From an uncultured Eubacteriales bacterium (GTDB taxonomy: Bacteria; Bacillota; Clostridia; Christensenellales; CAG-314): a stretch of 64,000 nucleotides of DNA. The notes beneath the pieces are model-generated. The model had not been told where the DNA came from. It was given only the letters and a program-made list of their open reading frames with translations, and did no database searches. The position numbers and the translations under genes are program-made. Shown piece after piece: positions 17,599-25,561 of this stretch. Each line of letters opens with the position of its first letter. The stretch's first letter is position 1. The DNA is taken from NCBI GenBank assembly GCA_900544545.1, contig UQVY01000003.1, forward strand, positions 81,655 through 145,654. The letters are read 5' to 3'.

Positions 17599-19005
17599 TC
17601 AGGGTGATATCAGTCTTTTAACGGTGAGAAGAAAGCTATCGATTTGTGTTTCGGTGGTGTCTATCCCGGGTGAAACGCGGACTGCTCCGGAGAGTGAAGT
17701 TCCGAGTCTTTCGTGCATAAGGGGCGCGCAGTGAAGACCTCCGCGGACGACGAAGCCGTGGTCGTAAAGGCTTTGCGCGAAGACCGCGGAGTCGAAATCG
17801 GCGTCTGTCGTAACGAAGGTGACTATTGCGCCGGGGTTATCGCAGCTGAGGATTTTCACCTTCGGATAAAGGTCATAAAGCCCGTTATAGAGGCGTTTTC
17901 CGATATAATCGAGATTTCCTCGGATCTCCTCTTCGTACTTTTCGAGCCAATCGAGAGCGGCGAGGGCGGCGTTTATTGCGGGGAGGTTGTGCGTGCCTGC
18001 CTCGTAGCGTTCCGGCGGGAAGTCCGGCATATCTTTATCCGCGGAAAGCGTCCCCGTCCCCCCGTAAACGAGCGGCTCCATCTCTATCCCCTCCCTCACA
18101 ATCATCGCCCCGATACCGGAAAGGGCGTGGAGGGACTTATGGAAGGGGAAGGCGGCAATGTCGATATTGGAGAGGTCAACGTTCATTATTCCGACGGACT
18201 GCGCGCAATCGACAATCGAATAAATTCCGCGGCTCCTCAAAAGTTTTGTGATAGCCGCTATGTCGTCGATTCCGCCGGTTACGTTGCTCATATGCGAAAT
18301 TACCACTATTTTTACGTCGGGCGTCAGGTACGGCGCAAGCGTTTCCGGAGTTACCCGTCCGAACTCGTCGGTAGGCACTACGCCGTAGGAAAAACCGTTG
18401 CCTGCGGCTTCGTAAGGCGGCTTCGGGGCGGCGTTGTTTCCTGTTTTTTGGTTTGAAGTTCTGGCTGTCGAACGGGCGGTCGGAGTTACCCGTCCGAACT
18501 CGTCGGTCGGCACTACGCCGTAGGAAAAACCGTTGTCTGCGGCTTCGTAAGGCGGCTTCGGGGCGGCGTTGTTTCCTGTTTTTTTGTTCGAAGTTTTTGT
18601 TGCCGAACGGGCGGTCGGAGTTATGCGTCCGAATTCGTCGGCGGCGTTGATTGCGCAGGGGAAACGCCTTTTCGCGAGGGCGTAGACGGGGCGAAGGACG
18701 GCGTTGTGCGCGGCTTGCGTCACGAGAATCCGGCAGGGAGGCAGGCGGGCGGCAAGTCCGAGTATCGCCTGATTCAGAGCGAAGGTGCAGCCCGGGGTCA
18801 GTACTACGAAATGATCGCGGGCGTTCGTGAGCTTCAGAAGCTTTTCGCGAAGAGCGGAGAGTTTTTCGGCGGTGGCGTCGAATCCCGCGGAACGACCGAC
18901 GGACAGAGCGGAAATCGTCGCGGCTTTTATTACTTCGGGAGGCTTGAAGAGAGTGGTCGCGGCGTTATTCAGGTATATCATAACTATTTTAAGCTCCTTT
19001 TTCAT
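17599..19005 (-). CDS. class V aminotransferase / cysteine desulfurase-like protein carrying a 2 x 45-aa tandem insertion
   Basis: IYLNNAATT N-terminus, PLP-lysine context FPFHKSLHALSGIG, and a group II cysteine-desulfurase-like RGGLHCAP motif. The start is 19005 or 18981; the ORF track's 160-aa upstream extension runs through repeat spacer and is not coding. Confidence 0.8.
   Translation of the reverse strand: MKKELKIVMIYLNNAATTLFKPPEVIKAATISALSVGRSAGFDATAEKLSALREKLLKLTNARDHFVVLTPGCTFALNQAILGLAARLPPCRILVTQAAHNAVLRPVYALAKRRFPCAINAADEFGRITPTARSATKTSNKKTGNNAAPKPPYEAADNGFSYGVVPTDEFGRVTPTARSTARTSNQKTGNNAAPKPPYEAAGNGFSYGVVPTDEFGRVTPETLAPYLTPDVKIVVISHMSNVTGGIDDIAAITKLLRSRGIYSIVDCAQSVGIMNVDLSNIDIAAFPFHKSLHALSGIGAMIVREGIEMEPLVYGGTGTLSADKDMPDFPPERYEAGTHNLPAINAALAALDWLEKYEEEIRGNLDYIGKRLYNGLYDLYPKVKILSCDNPGAIVTFVTTDADFDSAVFAQSLYDHGFVVRGGLHCAPLMHERLGTSLSGAVRVSPGIDTTETQIDSFLLTVKRLISP
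18346..18640. repeat. 2.2 x 135-bp tandem repeat inside the aminotransferase CDS (in frame, 45 aa per unit)
   Basis: Units 18346-18480 and 18481-18615 differ at 8 of 135 positions by eye. A partial third copy, 18616-18640, is the native DEFGR.TP junction. Confidence 0.95.
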
Positions 19006-19119
19006 AGAATAAATCGGACGGAGAATTCGTTTTTTCGGTCGAGGACAGCCAGACGAATATCCGTATATAATTATTTTATGCGAAAAAAACGCAAAAAGGA
19101 ATTGCGTGAGGAGGAGAAT

Positions 19120-19383
19120 ATGCGGACGGAATACGCGGCGGCGGCTTTCAGATCGCCGGACGAGGCTATGAGAGCATTGAATATTTTGAGGGAAAACCGA
19201 ATCCGGGCGGAGCTTATAAATACTCCGTCGGCAGCGAGAGTGGGCTGCGGGATTTCGGTGAGAGTGGAGATGAACGAGGCGGAGAGAATGTTCGGGTTGG
19301 TTTCGGGAATGGGGACGTTTGCGGGGGTTTTTCGGGTTTATAACGTGAAAGGGAAGCCGGTCGTGGTGAGTTTCGGGAAGTGA
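19120..19383 (+). CDS. DUF3343-like small protein (putative S/Se carrier family)
   Basis: 87 aa (MRTEYAAAAFRSPDEAMRALNILRENRIRAELINTPSAARVGCGISVRV). This matches the DUF3343 pattern of a ferredoxin-like fold with a conserved Cys in a GCG context. GAGGAGGAG RBS. It is divergent from the cysteine desulfurase-like gene. Only the 3' part of listed ORF 18706..19383 is real. Confidence 0.65.
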   Translation: MRTEYAAAAFRSPDEAMRALNILRENRIRAELINTPSAARVGCGISVRVEMNEAERMFGLVSGMGTFAGVFRVYNVKGKPVVVSFGK

Positions 19384-19632
19384 AAGATTGTTGGGTTTTG
19401 CGGAATTACAGGAGGGTTTCGGGAATTTCGGGAGAAAGAGTTTTCGGGAGCGGAAGAATGTCGGATTTTTGAAAGAAAATGAAACCAATTGGCGGGAGTT
19501 TTCGGAAGGGAAGGGTTGTCGGAGGTTTCGAAAACGGAAGATTGTTGGATTTTTGGGAGAAATTCGGGAGAAAAGAGATAGGATTATCTGAGATTCGGGG
19601 AGAATATGAGAGCCGATTCGGGAGGAAAGGGG
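19366..19632 (+). repeat. degenerate stutter of the DUF3343 gene end (TTTCGGGAAG, = SFGK) repeated about 10 times
   Basis: Variants include GTTTCGGGAAGTGA (gene end), GGTTTCGGGAATTTCGGGAGA, GTTTTCGGGAGCGG, GTTTTCGGAAGGG, GGTTTCGAAAACGG, AATTCGGGAGAA, GATTCGGGGAGAA and GATTCGGGAGGAA. In addition, GAAGATTGTTGG(G/A)TTTT occurs at ~19384 and ~19538. Confidence 0.8.
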
Positions 19633-19682
19633 CGAAAAGCACTTGCAATCTTATTTGCCGCGTAAAAAATAGCGCAAGATAA

Positions 19683-19711
19683 TTGTATTTTTTCGCTTGC
19701 GGTGGTATAAT
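19683..19711 (+). promoter_or_regulatory. sigma-70-like promoter for the GlpA-like/DUF1667 cluster
   Basis: TTGTAT - 17 nt - TGgTATAAT. Confidence 0.5.
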
Positions 19712-19764
19712 TACAAACGAGAAAAAACGCGGCGGAAAACTCCGTCGCACGGAGAAAATAACAA

Positions 19765-21201
19765 ATGTACGACGTAATCGTTGCAGGCGGCGGCGTTATC
19801 GGGACTTCGGTCCTCGCGGCGTTGTCGCATATTAAAATAAAAACCCTTCTCCTCGAAAAGGAAGAGGACGTTTCCTGCGGCTGCTCCAAAGCAAACAGCG
19901 GAATCGTTCACGCGGGGTACGACGCAGAGGAGGGAACACTCAAAGCCCGCTTCAACGTCAGAGGCGCGGAAATGTATCCCGAACTTTGCCGGAAATTTCA
20001 CGTCCCTTATAAGAATACCGGCTCGCTCGTGCTTGCGCCGAAGGACAGAATAAACGAACTCGAAAAACTCTATGAGAGAGGAATAAAAAACGGAGTATCG
20101 GGACTCGAAATCGTAGAGGGAGAAAGCCTTAAAAAGCTCGAACCGAATATCGCGGAGGGGATCGAATTCGGACTCTACGCGCCGACGGCGGGAATAGTTT
20201 CGCCCTACGGATTCACCATCGCGCAGGCGCAGCACGCAATAATCAACGGGGCTGAGATTCTGACAGAAAAGGAAATCGTTTCCGTTTCCGAAACCGAGGA
20301 AGGATTTTCCGTGGGAACGGCGGACGGCTCGGAATATAAATGCAGAGTGTTTATAAACTGCGCGGGATACGGCTCGAAGGAGATTTCGGATATGCTCGGA
20401 GAGGAGCTTCCGCCAGTTTCTTACAAGAGAGGGGATTATATCATTCTCGACAGGACAGAGCACGATAAGTTCAGGCATACCTGCTTCCCGCTCCCCGACG
20501 AAAACGGAAAGGGAATACTCGTTTCTCCAACGGCGGACGGAAACGTTATTCTCGGTCCGACGGGATTTTCCGTGGACAGCGGCACCGATACCGCGGTCGC
20601 GGAGGACGGCCTCGCGCTCATCAGAAGCTCCGTTCCGAAAATGATGAGGAACGTCGATTTCCGCAAGGGCATAAGAGTCTTCGCGGGGGTGAGATGCAGC
20701 AGCGGAAGGGATTTCGTCATAGGAAACGGAAAGAATCCCGATTATATCTACCTTCAGGGAATATGCTCGCCCGGACTTACGGCGGCACCCGCCATCGCGG
20801 AATACGTCGCGGAAGAGCTGCTCGGAAAGACTTCGCTCAAAGCCGAGAAAAAGGACGAGAGAGAGATTAAGTACCTCCCCGCAAGACCGATTACGAGAGA
20901 TCTTTCCGTAGCGGAATGGCAGGAGCTTGCGCGGAAGAATCCCGAATACGCGGTCATAGTCTGCAGATGCGAAAGAATAACCGAAGGGGAGATCCTCGAC
21001 GTTCTGAGAGAACCTCTTCCCCCGAAATCGGCGGACGCCCTCAAAAGAAGAGTGCGGACGAGTATGGGAAGATGTCAGGGAGGATTCTGTACGCCGAGAG
21101 TCATGGAAATATTGGCGGACTTTTACGGACTGCCGCCCGAGAGCGTTACCAAATGCGGCAAGGGAAGCGAAATAGTGACCGCCGACGTTATAGAGGATTG
21201 A
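19765..21201 (+). CDS. FAD-dependent oxidoreductase, GlpA/LhgO-like, with C-terminal BFD-like [2Fe-2S] domain
   Basis: DVIVAGGGVIGTS FAD motif and a C-terminal CRCERITEGEI...GRCQGGFC BFD-type cluster motif. Confidence 0.8.
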   Translation: MYDVIVAGGGVIGTSVLAALSHIKIKTLLLEKEEDVSCGCSKANSGIVHAGYDAEEGTLKARFNVRGAEMYPELCRKFHVPYKNTGSLVLAPKDRINELEKLYERGIKNGVSGLEIVEGESLKKLEPNIAEGIEFGLYAPTAGIVSPYGFTIAQAQHAIINGAEILTEKEIVSVSETEEGFSVGTADGSEYKCRVFINCAGYGSKEISDMLGEELPPVSYKRGDYIILDRTEHDKFRHTCFPLPDENGKGILVSPTADGNVILGPTGFSVDSGTDTAVAEDGLALIRSSVPKMMRNVDFRKGIRVFAGVRCSSGRDFVIGNGKNPDYIYLQGICSPGLTAAPAIAEYVAEELLGKTSLKAEKKDEREIKYLPARPITRDLSVAEWQELARKNPEYAVIVCRCERITEGEILDVLREPLPPKSADALKRRVRTSMGRCQGGFCTPRVMEILADFYGLPPESVTKCGKGSEIVTADVIED

Positions 21202-21426
21202 ACGGAGAGAACGGACGGTCGGAACGGAGAGTTGAAAAAAGCTCGGAACGGAGAGAGCGGAAGAAGATTCCCCTCCGAGAAAATCGAAACCGACGGACGG
21301 GAAAATCGCCGAGGGAAGAGAAATCGTAACTGCGGAGGGGAAGCTCGTTGGTGGAGCGGAATCGTAACCGAGGACGGAAAGCTCGCCGAGGGAAGCGAAA
21401 TCGTCGGAGCATAGAGATTCACGAGG
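21151..21426 (+). repeat. decayed tandem copies of the GlpA-like gene 3' end
   Basis: The gene end GGGAAGCGAAATAGTGACCGCCGA...ATAGAGGATTGA recurs as GGGAAGAGAAATCGTAACTGCGGA (21312-) and GGGAAGCGAAATCGTCGGAGCATAGAGATTCA (21390-). GAACGGAGAG appears 3 times just after the stop. Confidence 0.8.
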
Positions 21427-21468
21427 AAAGAAAACCGAGAAGGGTTACCGAAAATAAGGAGAAAAACA

Positions 21469-22713
21469 ATGAAGGAATACGACGTTGCCGTGATAGGAGG
21501 CGGTCCGGCGGGAATGGCGGCGGCTGCCGAAGCCGCGAAAAACGGAGCCGAAACGCTCGTCATAGAAAGGGACGGCAGACAGGGCGGAATCCTCAATCAG
21601 TGCATTCACAACGGATTCGGACTGCATTTGTTCGGAGAGGAGCTTACCGGTCCCGAATTCGCGCAGAGATTCATCGACGAGGTCGCCGCGAGCGGAGCGA
21701 AGGTTATGACGGGAGCCTTCGTCGTCGAAATAAGAGAGGACAAAACTCTCGTTACCGTAAGTCCTTCGGGCGGCGTTGAGGAAATAAAGGCGAAAGCCGT
21801 GGTTCTCGCTATGGGCGCGAGAGAAAGATCCGCGGGAGCCATTGGACTCACCGGAAGCAGACCGGACGGAATCTGGACGGCGGGACTGGCGCAAAGACTT
21901 TGCAACGTCGAAGGAATGCTCGTCGGAAAGAAGATAGTCATTCTCGGAAGCGGGGACATCGGACTTATTATGGCGAGAAGAATGACCTGCGAGGGCGCGG
22001 AGGTCAGAATGGTCTGCGAGATTATGCCTTACTCGGGCGGACTCAGGAGAAATATCGTTCAGTGCCTCGACGACTTCGGAATTCCGCTGCTGCTTTCGAC
22101 GACCGTTACGAGAGTAGTGGGCAAAAAGAGAGTGGAGGGAGTTTATATCGCCGACATAAAGGACGGTAAACCTCTGCCCGAGACCGAAAGATTCGTGGAA
22201 TGCGACACCTTGCTCCTTTCGGTGGGACTTATACCCGAGACCGACCTTCTTTCGGGCAGCGGAATCGAAACCGACCGCGCGACCGGAAGCTTTGTCGTCA
22301 ACGAATTCAGGGAAACCTCCCTCCCCGGGATTTTCGCCTGCGGAAACGTCCTCCATATCCACGACCTCGTGGACAACGTTGCGGACGAAGGATTCCGGGC
22401 GGGCAGAAGCGCGGCGGATTACGCTCTGCGCGGAAGAGAATCCGAGCCGAGAAATATACCCGTCAAGGCAGGAAAAGGAATAAAATACGTCCTTCCGCAG
22501 AGAATAGACGGTGAAAAGGGAAAGGCTACGATTTACTTCAGGACGGATAACGTTTACGCGCGTCCGACGATCACGGTGAGATGCGGAGAAAAGGTCGTTG
22601 CCGCGCAGAAAAAAGCGGTCACCGCTCCGGGAGAAATGCAGAGCGTTGCCGTGGACACGGCGAAAATCGACGGAGAGGTCGTGGTCGAAATTACGGCCGG
22701 AGAAAAGCGTTAA
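21469..22713 (+). CDS. NAD(P)/FAD-dependent pyridine nucleotide-disulfide-type oxidoreductase
   Basis: DVAVIGGGPAGMAAA plus a second Rossmann motif ILGSGDIGL. It is the usual partner of the GlpA-like and DUF1667 genes. Confidence 0.8.
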   Translation: MKEYDVAVIGGGPAGMAAAAEAAKNGAETLVIERDGRQGGILNQCIHNGFGLHLFGEELTGPEFAQRFIDEVAASGAKVMTGAFVVEIREDKTLVTVSPSGGVEEIKAKAVVLAMGARERSAGAIGLTGSRPDGIWTAGLAQRLCNVEGMLVGKKIVILGSGDIGLIMARRMTCEGAEVRMVCEIMPYSGGLRRNIVQCLDDFGIPLLLSTTVTRVVGKKRVEGVYIADIKDGKPLPETERFVECDTLLLSVGLIPETDLLSGSGIETDRATGSFVVNEFRETSLPGIFACGNVLHIHDLVDNVADEGFRAGRSAADYALRGRESEPRNIPVKAGKGIKYVLPQRIDGEKGKATIYFRTDNVYARPTITVRCGEKVVAAQKKAVTAPGEMQSVAVDTAKIDGEVVVEITAGEKR

Positions 22714-22842
22714 TCGACGGATTCCAGTTCCTGAAAAACACCGAAAGGTCGGAAGAACCGAGGGAGAAAAGCGTTGATCGACGGGTTCCAGTTCTTAAAA
22801 AACGTCGGGAAGGTCGAAATTACGGCGGAAGAAAAGAGTCGG
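22683..22842 (+). repeat. 2.5 x ~65-bp tandem repeat starting inside the 3' end of the second oxidoreductase gene
   Basis: Units start at 22683, 22747 and 22812 (GGTCGAAATTACGGCCGGAGAAAAGCGTTAATCGACGGATTCCAGTTCCTGAAAAAC... / GGTCGGAAGAACCGAGGGAGAAAAGCGTTGATCGACGGGTTCCAGTTCTTAAAAAAC... / GGTCGAAATTACGGCGGAAGAAAAGAG...). Confidence 0.9.
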
Positions 22843-22856
22843 ACAAAGGGAGAAAA

Positions 22857-23243
22857 ATGGAGAAACAAATGATTTGTATATGCTGTCCTATGGGCTGCGG
22901 ACTGACGGTAAGGGCGGAGCTTAAACCGGACGCAGCAGAGGGAAGCAGAAATATCGAGGATTACGAAGTCACCGTCACGGGAAACACTTGCAGGAGAGGA
23001 GAATTCTACGGAAAACACGAACTTATCGTGCCCGAAAGAACGGTTACGGGACTTATGGAGAACGACAGGGGCGAAATCGTCCCCGTCAAAACCGAAAAAC
23101 CCGTCCCGAAAGAGATGATTTTCGACGTGCTGGCGGAATTCAAAAGACGCAGAATCGTCGGAAAGGCGCGTATAGGAACCAAAGCCATCGAAAACGTCTG
23201 CGGAACGGGCGTGAACGTCGTCGTTACCAAAAACACGGACTGA
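22857..23243 (+). CDS. DUF1667 domain protein
   Basis: MEKQMICICCPMGCGL...GNTCRRG Cys pattern typical of DUF1667. The start at 22857 follows GGGAG. The upstream part of listed ORF 22581.. is repeat spacer. Confidence 0.7.
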   Translation: MEKQMICICCPMGCGLTVRAELKPDAAEGSRNIEDYEVTVTGNTCRRGEFYGKHELIVPERTVTGLMENDRGEIVPVKTEKPVPKEMIFDVLAEFKRRRIVGKARIGTKAIENVCGTGVNVVVTKNTD

Positions 23244-23263
23244 AAGACGACTTTAATTCAAGA

Positions 23264-25432
23264 ATGAACGAAAACCTCAGAGGAAACCGAATAAATATCC
23301 GTCCCGCCGCTTTATTTGCGGCGGCGGTCGTCTGCGGGACTTTATCGGCCTTTTCGGTATTCGTCCGCGAGATGGTTTTCGTCCCCTTAATCGTTGCCGC
23401 GGCTTTCGCCTCGGCTCTTTTTTTGTTCCGAAAAAGAAAAATGCGGAAGGCTTTCCTTCTATCGGCAATCGCGGCGGGGCTTTGTTTACTCGGATTTCTC
23501 GCTTTTTACGCAGAATATAAGACCTATTACGCCGAGGAGCCGAGTTTTACCGAAGCGACGGTCGTCCTTACCGCAAAGGGAAACGCAAGGTTCTCTTCGG
23601 GCTACGCGAGCGGAAGCTTTTACGGGGAGATAATCGAAAACGGAGAGAGAAAACCCCTCCCGAAAAACGTCAAAGCGGAGTTTTTCGTCGGAGAGGAGGA
23701 GGACTTATCGGAGGGAAGTTTTTTCGTCCTCAGAGGGACGCTCTATTCGATTTCGCCCTATTACGACGGGAGAACGGACGCTTCGCTTATATCGGAGGGA
23801 GTGGGCTTCGGATTCAGAGTGAAAGAGGTCGTTTCGGTCGGGAAAAACCTTCCGGATTTTGCGGGAAGATTCAGGAATTACGTCCGCGAAACCCTCGGGG
23901 AAAACGCTTCGCCTCGGAGCGCGGGAGTCATAAGAGCGATGATTCTCGGCGAAAAAGAGGGACTTTCCTCCGAAAGAAGGAACGATTACCGCGTAACCGG
24001 ACTCGCGCATCTCTTTTCGGTCAGCGGACTTCACGTGGGATTCCTTGCGGTTATATGCGACTTCGTAGGAAGAAGGATTTTCCGCAGAAAAAGAATCGTC
24101 GGGAAAATCGTCGGGATTATTATACTCTGGGCGTACGTCGGGATATGCGGATTCCCTTCCTCGGCGGTAAGGGCTGCCGTTATGGCGACGACGGTCATTA
24201 TTCTCCGTCCCAAAAGAAGGGCAGACGCGGTTTCTTCGCTCTGCACGGCGGCTGCCGTTCTCTTTCTTATAAGCCCTTCGTCGCTCTTTTCGGGAGGCTG
24301 TCTTATGAGCTTCTCGGCGGTTTCGGGAATAATCTCGTTCTCGTCGCTCTTTTCGGAGCTTTTCAGGAAAAAAGTCGGAAATAAACGCCTGAAAAGAGTT
24401 CTTACGGCTTTTTGCGTATCGCTCGGAGCAAGCGTCGGAACCTTTCCGTTCGTCTGGAGCTACTACGGGGAAATCTCGCTACTTTCGCTCCCCGTGAATA
24501 TGCTCGCGGTCGCGGCTATGACGGCGGTATTCGTGCTTTCGGCGGTGTTTCTGATTCCGCCTTTTACAAAGCTTCTCGCCCTTCCTTCGGCACTCGCGGC
24601 TGCGGTGGATTCGGCGGTTTCGGCGGCTGCCGAGTCGGGAGCAGTGAGTTTACCCGCGCTTTCGACGGATATTGCGGTTTTTATAGGATTTGCGGCGATT
24701 CTTACGCTTGTCGGAGGGAAAATAAGACTTTCACGCAAAATAAAAGCCGCGGCTTTGTCGCTCTGCGCGGCGACGGTCGTGATTTCGTCCTTCCTGTTCC
24801 CCGCAATCCCGAACGAAACGGCGTTTTTCCGCAGAAGAGGAGTTTCCTTTATGACGGGCAGGGGCGGAGAGGTCTTCGTTTTTTCGGACATCAAGAGCGA
24901 GTACGACGTTTATACGCTCGAAAACGCACTCAAACGGGCGCGGAACGGGAAAATACATATCCTCGTCGATTCGTTTCCGCTTTCGGTTTCGGAGGAGGGA
25001 CTCAGAAAACTCAGGGAAAGACTGCCGACGGCGGATTTCGTTTCGGGCGATAAAAGAGAAACCGACGGCAGACTGCTATGCGAGAGGGCGGGATTTTCCG
25101 TGGCAGAGGAATATTCGGGAGAGGGAGTTTTCGTTGCGGCGACGGAGATAAACGGGAGAAAATGCTTCCTTATCCAAACGGAGGGCAGGAGATTTGTCTT
25201 TATAAGGGACGCGAAAAATACGGATTTTTCGGAACCGGACGGGAATTTCGGAAGGATAGATTTTGTTTACGCGAAAAGAATATCCGGGGAGAACGCGGAC
25301 TTCGGGGGAGTGGTATTCACAGATTCGACCGTGAGAAGGGGAAATTGTTTTTCGTCCGCATTCGATATTGACTTTACTTTTTATCCGTCGCGTGGTATAA
25401 TCAAAGGACGGAAAGGTTTCGTTTATCCGTAG
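23264..25432 (+). CDS. comEC: ComEC/Rec2 family DNA internalisation channel protein (C-terminal domain lacks metallo-beta-lactamase motifs)
   Basis: Polytopic membrane protein with the competence-domain signature GLAHLFSVSGLHVGF. The start is at MNENLRGN (23264). I saw no HxHxDH in the C-terminal ~240 aa. Confidence 0.75.
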   Translation: MNENLRGNRINIRPAALFAAAVVCGTLSAFSVFVREMVFVPLIVAAAFASALFLFRKRKMRKAFLLSAIAAGLCLLGFLAFYAEYKTYYAEEPSFTEATVVLTAKGNARFSSGYASGSFYGEIIENGERKPLPKNVKAEFFVGEEEDLSEGSFFVLRGTLYSISPYYDGRTDASLISEGVGFGFRVKEVVSVGKNLPDFAGRFRNYVRETLGENASPRSAGVIRAMILGEKEGLSSERRNDYRVTGLAHLFSVSGLHVGFLAVICDFVGRRIFRRKRIVGKIVGIIILWAYVGICGFPSSAVRAAVMATTVIILRPKRRADAVSSLCTAAAVLFLISPSSLFSGGCLMSFSAVSGIISFSSLFSELFRKKVGNKRLKRVLTAFCVSLGASVGTFPFVWSYYGEISLLSLPVNMLAVAAMTAVFVLSAVFLIPPFTKLLALPSALAAAVDSAVSAAAESGAVSLPALSTDIAVFIGFAAILTLVGGKIRLSRKIKAAALSLCAATVVISSFLFPAIPNETAFFRRRGVSFMTGRGGEVFVFSDIKSEYDVYTLENALKRARNGKIHILVDSFPLSVSEEGLRKLRERLPTADFVSGDKRETDGRLLCERAGFSVAEEYSGEGVFVAATEINGRKCFLIQTEGRRFVFIRDAKNTDFSEPDGNFGRIDFVYAKRISGENADFGGVVFTDSTVRRGNCFSSAFDIDFTFYPSRGIIKGRKGFVYP

Positions 25433-25552
25433 AGAAAGGGAAGGGATTCGTTTCTTCGGAAAGGAAAGGATTCTTTATCGGAGAACGGAAAGGACTTGTT
25501 TTTCGGTAACGGACTGGAAGGGTTCGTTCGGAAGGGATTCGTTTTCCGTAAG
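25403..25552 (+). repeat. six ~24-bp degenerate copies of the comEC gene end (KGFV stutter)
   Basis: The copies are AAAGGACGGAAAGGTTTCGTTTATCCGTAG (gene end), GGGAAGGGATTCGTTTCTTCGG, GGAAAGGATTCTTTATCGG, GGAAAGGACTTGTTTTTCGG, CTGGAAGGGTTCGTTCGG and AAGGGATTCGTTTTCCG. Confidence 0.85.
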
Positions 25553-25561
25553 GCGGTGCGT

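Noticed and set aside
17440-17600. AT-rich patches (also 58330-58460), considered as possible island or mobile-element borders
   Set aside because: There are no integrase or transposase genes, no flanking inverted or direct repeats, and no adjacent tRNA. The patches coincide with convergent terminators and divergent promoters respectively.
19006-19488. 160-aa N-terminal extension of the aminotransferase ORF. Similar extensions occur on ORFs 22581.., 22988.., 25496.., 13908..13952 and 57561..57620.
   Set aside because: The extensions run through repeat spacers or promoters and lack RBSs. The conserved N-termini, with good RBSs, lie further downstream.
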